Virus record (IMG/VR): IMGVR_UViG_3300035698_006348
Location: 1 to 64,000 of that record
DNA from: a virus
Strand: one strand, 5' to 3'
Length of the DNA: 64,000 nt
In this document: positions 31,195-42,154 of the stretch, piece by piece
Position numbering within the stretch: position 1 is the first letter of the stretch
How the letters are laid out: every line of letters begins with the position of its first letter
Made by a program: the position numbers and the translations under genes
The notes under the pieces: generated by a model
What the model saw: the letters and a program-made list of their open reading frames with translations, nothing else
The model's database searches: none
Told to the model about the DNA's origin: nothing

Positions 31195-31675
31195 CTACTT
31201 CCTTTCCATCATCTTTAGATAAGCCCGTAATTTTACTCATAAATTGAAGAGTTCCTTGTTGAGTTATTCCACCAACAGCACTTCTCTTTGATTTATTAGC
31301 TAATTCCTCAATAGGTACTTCTATCAATTCTGGAGTATCCACTTTAATAAAAACTCCCTGAGCAATACCTTTTCCTTTCTCCAGTAAAACAGGTGCACCT
31401 GTAGCATTGAATACCTTTACAAAAATCTCACCTGGATGATAAAAAGCATCCCCAACACCTGCACCTACTAAATGATTAGAGCCTCCCTTCGGTTTTATAA
31501 GTAACATATACCCTTCTGGTATTTCTACACTAACCCCAGTAGCAACTACTCGTATAGAATGAGGAGCAACATATATTTTCTCTGGAGCAAAGAAATCCAT
31601 CCCTGCATCTGTTGGATTCTTGCGTTTTGGTAATATACCTTCTTCTCTTATTTTAGCGACTCGTACACTTTTCAT
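31172..31675 (-). CDS. dut: dUTPase (trimeric)
   Basis: DAGMD, ATGV, GV.D..Y.GEI, IAQ and R..GG motifs. Confidence 0.85.
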   Translation of the reverse strand: MKSVRVAKIREEGILPKRKNPTDAGMDFFAPEKIYVAPHSIRVVATGVSVEIPEGYMLLIKPKGGSNHLVGAGVGDAFYHPGEIFVKVFNATGAPVLLEKGKGIAQGVFIKVDTPELIEVPIEELANKSKRSAVGGITQQGTLQFMSKITGLSKDDGKEVVDVAYRK

Positions 31676-32214
31676 TTTACCATCTCCAAATATATAGCTA
31701 AATCAGTTACATGTGGAATTCTAAATACTCCCTCAATTTCACATCCAATATTGAATGGGTGCGTCACTAAGAAAGTAGTAGCAACCTTTCGTAATTGTTT
31801 TACATTAGATATTCTGTCCTCAACAAATATATCTAAATTTAAAAGTACACTTGAGATATCCTTTCTCTCTACAAAGTATAACTCATAATCCTCTAACTTT
31901 GTTCTATTTAGCCATGTCTCAGTAACTAAAGTTAATTTACTAGCATCCCTCTGTGTTACAAAATAAATAGAATGCCCATCCTCTTGTAGTTTAAGTAAAA
32001 AATTTTCTATTTCTATAGTCATAGGTCTTTTATCATAAAGAGGAACAATATCTTTAACAAAGTCCCAATACATTTGAGAAAATTCCACTGGAGCTCTCAT
32101 CCAATATTCATCATAAGACATATCATACCCTTTAAGCTTATTCTCTTTAACATGATTATATAAAACCTCATGCCAAGGATACACCACACCATCTAAATCA
32201 AACCCGATCCTCAT
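31672..32214 (-). CDS. HAD-family 5'(3')-nucleotidase
   Basis: FDLDGV, VT.R, VEDR and PFN motifs. Confidence 0.8.
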   Translation of the reverse strand: MRIGFDLDGVVYPWHEVLYNHVKENKLKGYDMSYDEYWMRAPVEFSQMYWDFVKDIVPLYDKRPMTIEIENFLLKLQEDGHSIYFVTQRDASKLTLVTETWLNRTKLEDYELYFVERKDISSVLLNLDIFVEDRISNVKQLRKVATTFLVTHPFNIGCEIEGVFRIPHVTDLAIYLEMVK

Positions 32215-33134
32215 CTTTGATCTCCTTTATTATATTTTTTCCTTTTAGTTACTTTACTAGGAAATTCAAAAGCATACTTACTATTTTCCTTTACAAGCTT
32301 TTCAAAATCTTTAGCTGTATTTCCATCACTAAAGAAATCAGTTATATCATACTTATCTTCAAAACCACTGAACGTATATATATGTGACCTATACAAACCA
32401 AGATTCTCAGCTACCTTTATAGCACCTTTAAGCCCAGCTTTATCATTATCATAAACAATGTAAATCTCCTTCTGTCCTGCAAAATATCTAAACCATTCAT
32501 TCTGCCATCCAGTAGCTCCAGTACTTTGGGCTACCGCTGGAAATCCATTCTGTTCTAGCATTATTGCATCTACTGGGCCTTCACAAATGTACACAACCTC
32601 TGTAGTAGCTAATGCCTCTGTATTATACAGGACTATTTCAGAATATTTCTTATAGTAGAGCCTAATTGTTTTCTTAGGTATCTCTTTTCTTAGTTGAAAA
32701 TTCGTAAATTCTCCATCTTTATACAGAGGAATTGTGTAGTATTCTTCAAAGTACCCTAACCTAAATCTGTCTATTGTTTCGTCTGTGTAACCACGTTTAT
32801 TATACCAATAGTCTCTGTTATTCTTTCCATTTTCAAAAAACATTTCAACAAGTTTAGGATACACTACAAAGTTATCTCTTGTAGCATTCTTTGCTACTAT
32901 TGGTGCAACATACTTATTTGCATCCCTAACACGCTCTTTAGCCTTTGTAAATGTATATCCTTTTACCTTTATTAGATAAGTGTAAACGTCTCCAACAATA
33001 TTTCTTGAGTTCCAAAAGAACAGTTGTCTATCAATATCTAAAACTAATGAATCATGTTCTACAGCATGTTTCCACCTTCCACTACCCTCCAATTCAAAGT
33101 CTGAACCAACAATTGATTCTAAAAGAGTACTCAT
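32211..33134 (-). CDS. DNA primase (Toprim)
   Basis: ICEGPVDA, YDNDKAG and KYDITD motifs; start MSTLLE at a TAATG overlap. Confidence 0.9.
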   Translation of the reverse strand: MSTLLESIVGSDFELEGSGRWKHAVEHDSLVLDIDRQLFFWNSRNIVGDVYTYLIKVKGYTFTKAKERVRDANKYVAPIVAKNATRDNFVVYPKLVEMFFENGKNNRDYWYNKRGYTDETIDRFRLGYFEEYYTIPLYKDGEFTNFQLRKEIPKKTIRLYYKKYSEIVLYNTEALATTEVVYICEGPVDAIMLEQNGFPAVAQSTGATGWQNEWFRYFAGQKEIYIVYDNDKAGLKGAIKVAENLGLYRSHIYTFSGFEDKYDITDFFSDGNTAKDFEKLVKENSKYAFEFPSKVTKRKKYNKGDQR

Positions 33135-33221
33135 TATACAGCAAGGCAAACACGGATACTAATATATAAAGTAAACAAACCGACTAAAATAAAAAAAAGC
33201 TCTACCATAATATTCTCCTTC

Positions 33222-34756
33222 TCAATAGCAATAATCCCAATCACACTCCCACTCACCATCATCATTTTTTGAAATACTAAGACAGTCTTGCTCATCCATA
33301 AGATTTAATAACTGCTTTACTTCTTCTTCCAATTTTTTAATATGCTGTTCAGAGTCTTCTATATTTTTGTCTAAATTTTCTTCAAGCATATCAATGGTTT
33401 TATACAGCCCCTCAATAGTAGCATCCTTCTCTTTGTTTAAATCAACACACTCTGTATAATATCTTTCCCAATCATCACACAACGTTTGAAGATAATCAAT
33501 AAATACATTATCTTCTTTTATAGTTGTTCTTAATTCTCCTTTAGTAATCATCCTATCCTTTCCTTTATATAGTCTGAAAGCTTTATAGACATATCAACTA
33601 AATAGAAAAACGCACTAATTCCTCGTGTAAATAATAGATAGAACATAACAGGGTACCAAAATATAGAAATTGCAATTACTTTATATGTAAGAAATAAAAC
33701 ATCTAATAGGATATCACCTATAATTCCCTTTTCTATATAAGAATACAACCTTATCGTATATAAACTTATAAATACAACAAACCCAATTTCAAAATACTCC
33801 TTTTCAGTCATGGTACTATCCTAAAGGTCTAATAATCTATACATTGATTTAACAATTTCATGTGTGTCTCTTACTCTACCTGTAGCAGTTGCTATTTTTT
33901 TTGCGAGTAAGCTTTGATTTCTATCATCTTTCTCAAGCTCAGATATGCCTGTACTTGGAGCAGGAGAAACACAAACCTCTCCCAAAGCTTCTGATAAATC
34001 AGCCACATCATTATTTAGCTCAATAAGAACCTTTTCTAGCTCTACAAAGTTCCTATCAATCCAACCATTTTCCTTATCAATTTCCATTCCTGCGGCCTTA
34101 ATTTCCCGTTCTGTTGACATTACAATCTCCTTTATATAAATAACTTAGTTTTATCCACTAATTTCTTATTCTCTATTGCATAATATTTCATACATAGAAA
34201 ACAATACAGATAACGAATGTTATCCTTATACACTATTTCAAAACAACCATTACACGTTGGGCATTTCATGTACTCTGTCCAATAAACTATAAATCTTTAA
34301 TTTGCAAGCGGCCTTATAAATAGATAATCCAAACTCAATATCACTACTGGTTACCATATTTCCTTTATTAGAGATGATTGTAACAAACTCTCCATCTATG
34401 GTAGTAATTGAAAAGCTAAAGTCTTTTGGATTACTAAATTGCCCAACAAATAATTCTAACCCAGACCGTAAACAGCGATCCTTATACATACAAAATATAT
34501 CAATGAGTTTCTTTTTAAACCCAATCTCTATATAAGAGATTCTAGTTAAATCTGACCTATTCTTTATATGGTATGGATTTACCAATGTAATTTCCCCAGT
34601 GGTATTATCCTTTACCCATGTGTATGTATAATATAAAATATAGTATAGAATAATTATTTCTTTTTCCTTTAGTTTATCTACATCTAAAGTCTTTATCCAT
34701 TCCAATTTATCAGAAAATATATTGAGTACTTTACTTCTTTTCACAAATATCTCCAA
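33222..34756 (-). CDS. Hypothetical proteins (33222-33551, 33548-33811, 33821-34120, 34250-34756)
   Basis: Co-oriented ORFs. Confidence 0.55.
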
Positions 34757-34759
34757 TCT

Positions 34760-35281
34760 CTAATGTCTGTACTTTCCATTCTTTAATATCTTCCTAACAG
34801 CATCTCTATAGGAATATGGATAGAAATTATTTGTATCAACTCCACAATCAAAAGAAGATGATCCCTGTGAATGTGTTAATGTTCCATGGCTATGCCCGTA
34901 AATATGATAAGAGCCATGATACGATTTATTCCAAACCCTCATTGCATAATGACATAAAACAAACAGCTTTCCCTTTATTCTTATTTCGTGAATGGTGTCA
35001 TAAAAATCAAAAAACTTTTCTTTATTCTTAATGGCTAATCTATCATGGTTGCCACTTATAAGAATAATCTTACCATTCAATCTATCAAAATATTTATCAA
35101 ATCTATTTCCAAATGCAAAGTCACCTAAATGATATATGGTGTCATTATTAGTAATAACAGAATTCCATCTTTTTATTATTTCATTATCCATCTCCTCTAC
35201 ATCTTTAAATGGTCTCTTACAATAACCTATAATCTTACTATGGCCAAAATGTGTATCAGCAGTAAAAAAAATCTTATTCAT
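34760..35281 (-). CDS. Calcineurin-like metallophosphoesterase
   Basis: DTHFGH, LGDF, GNHD, HY, GHSH and CGVD motifs. Confidence 0.9.
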   Translation of the reverse strand: MNKIFFTADTHFGHSKIIGYCKRPFKDVEEMDNEIIKRWNSVITNNDTIYHLGDFAFGNRFDKYFDRLNGKIILISGNHDRLAIKNKEKFFDFYDTIHEIRIKGKLFVLCHYAMRVWNKSYHGSYHIYGHSHGTLTHSQGSSSFDCGVDTNNFYPYSYRDAVRKILKNGKYRH

Positions 35282-35988
35282 AACTAAAATAATCCTGACT
35301 ACTATGTTCTTTCTTTCCTGTTATAAAATATTTATATAGTAAAACAGATAAAAACATCCATACATTCATTCTTCTATCAACGTTACCAAACTCAGTCTCC
35401 TTTAGAAACTTAGAAGAAAAGAGTTTATAATCATAATATGGAGCACCATTTTTAGACTCACCTTTATTTTCTATAACTATCCTGTCTAATACTTCTTTTT
35501 TAGTCTCATCTCCAAATGGAATAAGCTCTACTGTAATTCTTAACATTATTCTTCCTTTCTTAACCACCTAATAGATATAAATGGAAACCGCCAACTAAGG
35601 CAAAGTGTGATATATTGCATCTCTCTAAAAATACTATAGCTTCCAAAGTTTTCACAATAAATTCGCCGAATAGGTGTATAAAATTTTACCATTTCCTAAC
35701 TGCTCCAAATTTATCTAATTCTACTTCACCAGTTATTATTAAGTCTGTTGGTACAAAATCTCCCATAAACTGTCCTAAATACATTGGATGATTATCAGCT
35801 ATAATTTCTAAACCACATGAGCAATCAATTGATGTATCTTTTGGGGGTAACGGCCATACTCTCCTACAGCGTGGGCAACAAAACAACTTCGCTGGCTTTG
35901 GAAGTATAAGCCCACTAACTAAAAAGGATTCTTCTCTAGCATCATCTAGTAAATAATCTTTTAGTGGTAATCTTTCAGTAATTTGCAT
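35274..35988 (-). CDS. Hypothetical proteins (35274-35567, 35686-35988)
   Basis: MLRITVELIPFG family-like; Cys-rich second ORF. Confidence 0.5.
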
Positions 35989-36359
35989 TATAAAATCCCT
36001 TCATATCCAAATGGAACCCTTGACACAGAAGTAAACCCACTGTCAACAAGCTTTTTACTCATCTCTTTTCCTGCTTCAATATTCCATGTATGGACAACAA
36101 TTAGTACATTTTTATATTTATAATTATCACACATCCATCTAACAACTTCCATTCCACAATCTTCTCTAAAAGAATCTACAAATACTTCACCACCTAAATC
36201 ATGGTCTAATTTAATAACATCAAACTCAGAGTTTTTAAGTGCCTCTATTGCTTCTGTGGCTGTTTTACAATAGTGTACATTATCATTATACTTACCATGA
36301 AACTTCTTTGCTCTATCTATCCTATCTTCACTATCATCTAAAAATAAAACTTTAGCCAT
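35988..36359 (-). CDS. Cyclic-phosphate-processing receiver-domain protein
   Basis: FLDD...LDHDLG...G.EV..W...HT.N..AG..M signature. Confidence 0.75.
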   Translation of the reverse strand: MAKVLFLDDSEDRIDRAKKFHGKYNDNVHYCKTATEAIEALKNSEFDVIKLDHDLGGEVFVDSFREDCGMEVVRWMCDNYKYKNVLIVVHTWNIEAGKEMSKKLVDSGFTSVSRVPFGYEGIL

Positions 36360-36375
36360 GTTAATCCTTTCATAT

Positions 36376-36654
36376 CTACAGCCCACTTTTAACAACTGGT
36401 GAGTTTAATACAATATATCCCTGCATTTCAAGAAGTTCATAAATTCCTGTAATTTGTTTTTTCAATCTTTCTATCTCAGCATTCAACCTATCTTCTTCAG
36501 GGCGAGTATTCCAGGCGGCCCAGGCTTCGGCTTCGGTCTTAAATTGCATTGTTTCTATACCGCACTTACGACACTCAACAACATAGTACACTCGATCTAA
36601 ATCACCAGTAAGTAAATTCGGATCACATCCGCAAAACGGACACTTTTTATTCAT
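36376..36654 (-). CDS. Lar family restriction-alleviation-like protein
   Basis: CPFCG...VECRKCG...EAEAWAAWNTR. Confidence 0.7.
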   Translation of the reverse strand: MNKKCPFCGCDPNLLTGDLDRVYYVVECRKCGIETMQFKTEAEAWAAWNTRPEEDRLNAEIERLKKQITGIYELLEMQGYIVLNSPVVKSGL

Positions 36655-36674
36655 CCTTACCTCCATATAAAGAA

Positions 36675-36700
36675 TGGTGCCACAAATAAAAGTGGCACCA
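36675..36700 (-). terminator. Probable terminator hairpin
   Basis: TGGTGCCAC/GTGGCACCA stem with TTCTTT on the minus strand. Confidence 0.5.
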
Positions 36701-36712
36701 AACATACCTAAC

Positions 36713-37165
36713 CTACCCTACAGCGTCTGCATAAGCAATTGCCATTAGTTTACAATCTTCTAAAGTCTCGGCTGTAAACCCAACTTCTAAAGCTTTACTA
36801 TCTTCTGGGTGCTTTTTCAAATGTTCATCAGACCATCCAGAGGTATTAGTAAGATTACCTGCTTCAACTTTATCACCAATCTCAAAACCAAAAAATGCCT
36901 TATGTGACCAACCATACCATTTATTCATTGTTTTGCTAAAACCAATTGAACAAACTTTATCTTCTGGATTTGATAACTCAGGAGCAATCCCCATATCAAC
37001 ACATAATTTCTTTGCAAAACGTGACGGCCCAATAAAATGACCCTCTGGAGTAAAAGCTGAAGTAATAATCATTACCTTTTCAGAGGCATTCTCATCAGCA
37101 TCATACTCAATTCTCTTTACTACATATCCTGCCTTATATTTCCGTTCCTTTAAAATTCTAGTCAT
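36713..37165 (-). CDS. Conserved phage hypothetical protein
   Basis: SIGFS...KWYGWSH.A..GF.IGD motif. Confidence 0.6.
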   Translation of the reverse strand: MTRILKERKYKAGYVVKRIEYDADENASEKVMIITSAFTPEGHFIGPSRFAKKLCVDMGIAPELSNPEDKVCSIGFSKTMNKWYGWSHKAFFGFEIGDKVEAGNLTNTSGWSDEHLKKHPEDSKALEVGFTAETLEDCKLMAIAYADAVG

Positions 37166-37728
37166 ATGAATCCTCTGCCGCTACACTTGCGGCTAACTCT
37201 ACAAACTCTTGTGCCGTTTCATCGTAATCATACAATTCAGCAATATCTAAATCAGTCATTCCACCATCATCTCCACTAGGAGGATCGCAAGCTTTCATTT
37301 CATAATCCTTTCCTTACTATAATATTATTTTCCTTATCACTAATAATTGCTTTTAATTGGTTAATCATATCATCTAAATTTGTAAACGAAAATAAAAGCA
37401 AAACCTTTCCATCTTCTGTTACAACGAAAACTTCTCCACTAATAATATTGCTTGAGAATGATACACGTACATCTGCAAGAGAATATGTAGATTTAATTCG
37501 TTGCACCAACGATCTAACAATTAGTAACTTTGAGTACATAAACCTCCTTTCCAAATAGACATATATGGAACTGCACCATAAGATACTCTTCAACAAGTTA
37601 TGTCTACAATGACAAAATGAATAACGCTGACCCTTGCTCGTTTTTCATCTCTATAGTATCATTATAACAAAATCATAGACATAATACAAATGACAAATGT
37701 CATGTCTTTAATATGACATTCATACAAA

Positions 37729-37770
37729 AGACTAAAACTGTCAATATGCTAAATAAGACAGTTTTAGTCT
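37729..37770 (-). terminator. Intrinsic terminator
   Basis: 14-bp inverted repeat AGACTAAAACTGTC/GACAGTTTTAGTCT with T-tract on the minus strand. Confidence 0.65.
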
Positions 37771-37779
37771 GATTAATTC

Positions 37780-38100
37780 TTATCCTGCTTTAAGCTCTCG
37801 TGAATATGTTTTCAGAGGTTTGATAGCGGCATCATAACCAAAGTAGGACACCAATGAAGCTAAAGCTACCATAATAGTAAACTTCAAAAGTACAAGCCAA
37901 CTCATAGCCAATACCGGTGATTCAACGCTAATCCCAAGCCAAAACAAAGCAAAGGGCATAAAAATATTAATAATTGGAATAGCCAATACATAGAATAAAG
38001 CTGGAAGATCCAACTCTGGATTCTTTGCAATCTTTCGTACCACAAATTTAATAAATTCTACGAACAAGGCGGTCAAGCCGCCAGAAGTCAATACAGTCAT
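37780..38100 (-). CDS. 3-TM membrane protein (holin-like topology)
   Basis: Three hydrophobic helices and a basic C-terminus. Confidence 0.5.
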   Translation of the reverse strand: MTVLTSGGLTALFVEFIKFVVRKIAKNPELDLPALFYVLAIPIINIFMPFALFWLGISVESPVLAMSWLVLLKFTIMVALASLVSYFGYDAAIKPLKTYSRELKAG

Positions 38101-38116
38101 AATAATTCTCCTTTAA

Positions 38117-38665
38117 TTACCATTCTTTTATCATTGTTTGTATATAAACATACATATCTTCAACAATATGTTCTTTAGAGATAGTACCATTATTATTGAT
38201 AAGTCCATGTGGTCTATACTTATCTAGGCTAGTTTCAGAATCTGTTAGCCCTAGAGGGGAATCTAAAAGTGTATCAGAATATGGACGATTAATTATAAAG
38301 GTTATTGGAACACCAACATGTGCTTCAGTTACAAAATCAACCTCATTTGGATATCGCCAATCATCAATAATAATAAAATCAAAATCTTTCCCACAACTAA
38401 ATAAAGTATTGAGTGATTTCTTTATCCAAACATCTTTATCATACTCCCTAAATACCTTTCCACAGTCTATTAGTAGTTTCCGTCCTCTTTCATCCTTTTC
38501 CCCATCCCAACCAAGAAATGAGCAAATTCTTTTTAAACTAGACGCTACTGGTAAAACTACAGACTTGTATTTAGTATTCAATACATCATTTAACTCATCT
38601 GCTATTGTACTTTTACCAGCCCCTGCTTTACCTCCTATGAAGATAACATATCTATTTCCAAGCAT
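38117..38665 (-). CDS. Deoxynucleoside monophosphate kinase-like P-loop protein
   Basis: GKAGAGKST, GRKLL...G...R, IIDDWRYPNE and SET.LD motifs. Confidence 0.8.
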   Translation of the reverse strand: MLGNRYVIFIGGKAGAGKSTIADELNDVLNTKYKSVVLPVASSLKRICSFLGWDGEKDERGRKLLIDCGKVFREYDKDVWIKKSLNTLFSCGKDFDFIIIDDWRYPNEVDFVTEAHVGVPITFIINRPYSDTLLDSPLGLTDSETSLDKYRPHGLINNNGTISKEHIVEDMYVYIQTMIKEW

Positions 38666-38666
38666 C

Positions 38667-39151
38667 TTATTCTCCTTTCCTATCCGAGTGATACTCCTCT
38701 AAAATTCCTTCTAATACCTTATGTGAGATAGCCCCATCCATTACGAGAAAATGAAGGATAAAAGCTAAGCTATCTATCCCAATAACTATAGAGTTATTTG
38801 TAGCAATAAAAAAACCTTTCCCACCAACTTGTTGTAATACAAGTGTATTTAGATGTGGAATATTTTTTATAAGTAGTTTTGGGGCATCTTTTTCCACTAT
38901 TCCTCCTTACTGAATAAGTCATACTCACAGTCTTTAAGCACCTGTTGGGCAGAAAAATTTACATCAGCCACTGCTGAACCAAACTCTTTTGCAACAGACC
39001 TAAATTTACTCTCTACAGATTCCCACTCTAGTAGATTTGTAGTACGTTTCTGGGTAACCACCATAGTAGCTACCCAGAGACCTTTTTCATTCTTGATTGT
39101 TTTTGTATCTAATATAATCTCTTTACCAATATAGTCTTCTTCTTCCGACAT
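38667..39151 (-). CDS. Two small hypothetical proteins (38667-38897, 38897-39151)
   Basis: Coupled ORFs. Confidence 0.55.
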
Positions 39152-39179
39152 ATTATCCTTCCTACAGCCTAAGCTTTTA

Positions 39180-39863
39180 TTAGATTGACTTTCTGTTCCA
39201 TTTTTGGAATGGTGCTAATCTATTGTGTAATGATTCAAGAATCTCTACGTCACCCTCATTATGATCCATTACTCGCTGTAAAGCGGCATTGTCACCATAC
39301 TTAGCATCTCTCCAATCACTCCAATCAATCTCTGTTTTACCATCAATACCTAAGAATTTTGTAGCAGTTCTCAGTGTACTATTATGAAGCTGTAGTTTAT
39401 TTCTAACTGTGTAATACAAATCCCAATGATATACTTCTCCAAAGCTAGGAAAATCTAAGTTATGATATAAAGCTCTAGAACGAACAAATGGAATATCAAA
39501 GCGTGTACCATAATATGTAACAATAATAGAGTAATCCCGCATAGCTTCAACAAGGTGCTGAGTAACAGTCTTATCATAATTCTTTGTTACAATATCTTTT
39601 TTGGTGATTCTGTCTGCGATAATTTCGCCTTCTTTTGTTTTAATACACCAAGTAAGAATAACACCAAAATCTGCTTTAAGATTGTCAACCTCAATATCTA
39701 AGTACCCTACTTTTAGTCCAGGTTCTTTATACCACGGTAGAGCTCTATCTGCTGGTTTTCGACCATCTACTACCTTTCCCTGAGCAAAACAAGCAGGATG
39801 CTCTTCAAAACGATGTCTATGTGTACATTTTATAATATCTCTAATACCCTTTTTAAAATTCAT
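39180..39863 (-). CDS. RNase H-like (DnaQ/YprB-type) 3'-5' exonuclease
   Basis: LDIE, TYYG..FD.PF, DLY and HNEGDV motifs. Confidence 0.8.
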   Translation of the reverse strand: MNFKKGIRDIIKCTHRHRFEEHPACFAQGKVVDGRKPADRALPWYKEPGLKVGYLDIEVDNLKADFGVILTWCIKTKEGEIIADRITKKDIVTKNYDKTVTQHLVEAMRDYSIIVTYYGTRFDIPFVRSRALYHNLDFPSFGEVYHWDLYYTVRNKLQLHNSTLRTATKFLGIDGKTEIDWSDWRDAKYGDNAALQRVMDHNEGDVEILESLHNRLAPFQKWNRKSI

Positions 39864-40290
39864 CTGTTCTCCATAAAAGTTCCCTAGTTCTTCCTATTTG
39901 TTCACCAGTCAGGTTATGCTTCTCTATCATATATTCCAAATACCCTTCATTAGTGAAAACATCCCCAAGACTAAACCCTATCCTTCCGCACATAATAGAA
40001 AACACTTTCATAATTGTTATTGTGGTTAGTTTAACTTTTTTTGCTATATCTGATAGCACCATTCCATCCATAACAAACTCTAAAATCTGTGTCTCTAATT
40101 CAGAAAACTGTTTATTATCTTCTAGTCTTGTAATAGCTTTTTCAAGTGATAAAATATTATAGTAATCATCAGACATATCATGTCGTAAATCTCCATAACT
40201 TTCACCAAAAAGCATATTCTGATTTGCTGTTGGAACAGATTTTATAGCTATAAAATTCTTTAGCAACTGTTCAACATACCAACTACCCAT
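39853..40290 (-). CDS. Sigma region-4/LuxR-like HTH protein
   Basis: FSELETQILE...G...SDIAKKVKLT; likely start MGSWY. Confidence 0.5.
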   Translation of the reverse strand: MGSWYVEQLLKNFIAIKSVPTANQNMLFGESYGDLRHDMSDDYYNILSLEKAITRLEDNKQFSELETQILEFVMDGMVLSDIAKKVKLTTITIMKVFSIMCGRIGFSLGDVFTNEGYLEYMIEKHNLTGEQIGRTRELLWRTDEF

Positions 40291-40972
40291 TATTAAACTC
40301 CTTTTGACATACTCCTCTGTAACTACAATTCTTGCATACAAAGTTTCCGTAATTATACATTCCAATAGCAGGGTATACTTCATTCTTTATACCACTTACA
40401 ACATAAGGAAACACATAGTTACTAAAATAATTAATCTTACTTTTATTTATTGTAAACTTGTACGACTTTGGTTTCGTGAGTAGTGCATATATAATTTCTT
40501 TTGGCTCCTTTCTATATAATTTTACATAGGCTATATAATATAACATAAACTGAATATCATTGTCAAGATTATAAGGCTGTGAAGAAGAAGTTTTCCAATC
40601 AATCAGTAATCCTGATGTGGTTATTCTATCTATTTTGCCAACTATATCTACACCCTGAAAATCAAGTTTAAAATATTTTTCTACTTCATCATCCTCCGAT
40701 AATAGACTAGAAAATTCTTCATAGAAATTATATACACAAGCCTCTATCTTATTTTTTGCACTCTGTGAAATAATATTATACTTAGTGTATAATCTTTCTA
40801 AATTAGCAAGAGCTTTTGGTAAATTCCTCCAATCTTTTTCAATAGAGTCATGTACAGCACTTCCAACAGCCATTGCACTAGTCTGTACAGATAACTCTGG
40901 GTAGGTACGCCTATAAAAAGCACGTTTTGGACATGTTAGATAATCCTTTATCATTGATTGGCTTATTCTCAT
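40283..40972 (-). CDS. Cas4/RecB-like PD-(D/E)xK exonuclease
   Basis: S.S...Y..CP, G..VH, E, G.IDR, DWKT, Q...Y and C..C..R..C motifs. Confidence 0.85.
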   Translation of the reverse strand: MRISQSMIKDYLTCPKRAFYRRTYPELSVQTSAMAVGSAVHDSIEKDWRNLPKALANLERLYTKYNIISQSAKNKIEACVYNFYEEFSSLLSEDDEVEKYFKLDFQGVDIVGKIDRITTSGLLIDWKTSSSQPYNLDNDIQFMLYYIAYVKLYRKEPKEIIYALLTKPKSYKFTINKSKINYFSNYVFPYVVSGIKNEVYPAIGMYNYGNFVCKNCSYRGVCQKEFNNG

Positions 40973-40975
40973 TAG

Positions 40976-41711
40976 TTACCAAGCACCCTTCCGCTGGTTT
41001 GCATTCTGAGTACGCCAAACATCTATAATAGATTTATACATATTTAGAATATTTTGCTTCTGTTCTAAAAGTACAGAGAGAGCAACTAATTTCTTGCGTG
41101 GTTCTACAAGCTCATTGTTAATACCTAACTGTTTTATTGTATTTGTTAGGTACGTTATAGAAGGCCGTTTACCATCAATAAAGAAGTCTTTGTTTAGGTA
41201 GGCTTCCTTCATTACCTTAGCCTCTGTATTTTTTATATCCAAAGACAGTAATGAAGTCTCTATACTAATTGCCCCTATCTCAGTAATCAACTTCTCCATA
41301 TCATCAAAATCTGGAGCTTCTAAAAGTTTACTCATAAAATTTATCAACCTTTCGTTCAATCTCATAGAAAGTCATACAGTACTCAAACATTCTCTCTAAA
41401 TACTGTATAGAATAATATGGACTCAACAATAAACATTCCTTTATAAAATATTCTACTTCAAACGTTTTAGTAAATATAGAGTAAAAAGATAAATCAGCAT
41501 CTCCTTTCGGTAAGGAAGACAAGGCACCAAAGACATTTTCCAATGTTGCATTAATCGCTGAGATATCATCATTATAAATATAAGTTATTGTCTCTGGACT
41601 TAGCCCACAAACAAATAAACGTAAAATCTCCAATGAAGCAATATACTCTAAAATCTCTGGGTTTATTGTCGTATGTTCCTTAATATAAGTTATAAATTTT
41701 TTCCAATTCAT
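40976..41711 (-). CDS. Two hypothetical proteins (40976-41365, possibly UvsY-like; 41328-41711)
   Basis: Helical ORF ending WRTQNAN.RK, in a recombination context. Confidence 0.45.
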
Positions 41712-42154
41712 TAGCTTTCGGCTATTTTATCATACATGGAATCTAACTCATCTCGTAGTTTAGTTGTATTATTCACAAGCCATATAAAATCTTCAATAGC
41801 TAGAACAACGAATTCTTGAACACCATCTGCTTTACGTGCTCCAGAAAACTTACCAACTAAAAAACCGAGCCCCCATACACTTTTAGCTTCCATAATTATT
41901 TTATTTAGCCACTCCCGTTTAAAAGTTAATTGACTAGCACCACCATACCCAACTTTACACTCTATTTTCATCTCTCTTGGAATTGATGGCACACTACCTT
42001 TTACATCTCCCATTAGGGCTGGCTCATCCAAAACTGTTCCTAATGCCCCAGACCCTGCTACACGTTTAAATTTACCGTCAATAATTTCTTCATTAAATTT
42101 ATCTGCAATATCCCGTTCAAACTTACTTCCTTTAACTTTCGATTTACTGACCAT
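41711..42154 (-). CDS. Hjc-like Holliday junction resolvase
   Basis: SK.KG..FER, R..GSGA, GD and IECK motifs. Confidence 0.8.
   Translation of the reverse strand: MVSKSKVKGSKFERDIADKFNEEIIDGKFKRVAGSGALGTVLDEPALMGDVKGSVPSIPREMKIECKVGYGGASQLTFKREWLNKIIMEAKSVWGLGFLVGKFSGARKADGVQEFVVLAIEDFIWLVNNTTKLRDELDSMYDKIAES

Noticed and set aside
40283-40972. CRISPR-Cas adaptation gene (cas4)
   Set aside because: No cas1/cas2 or array; stand-alone Cas4-like exonucleases are common in phage replication modules
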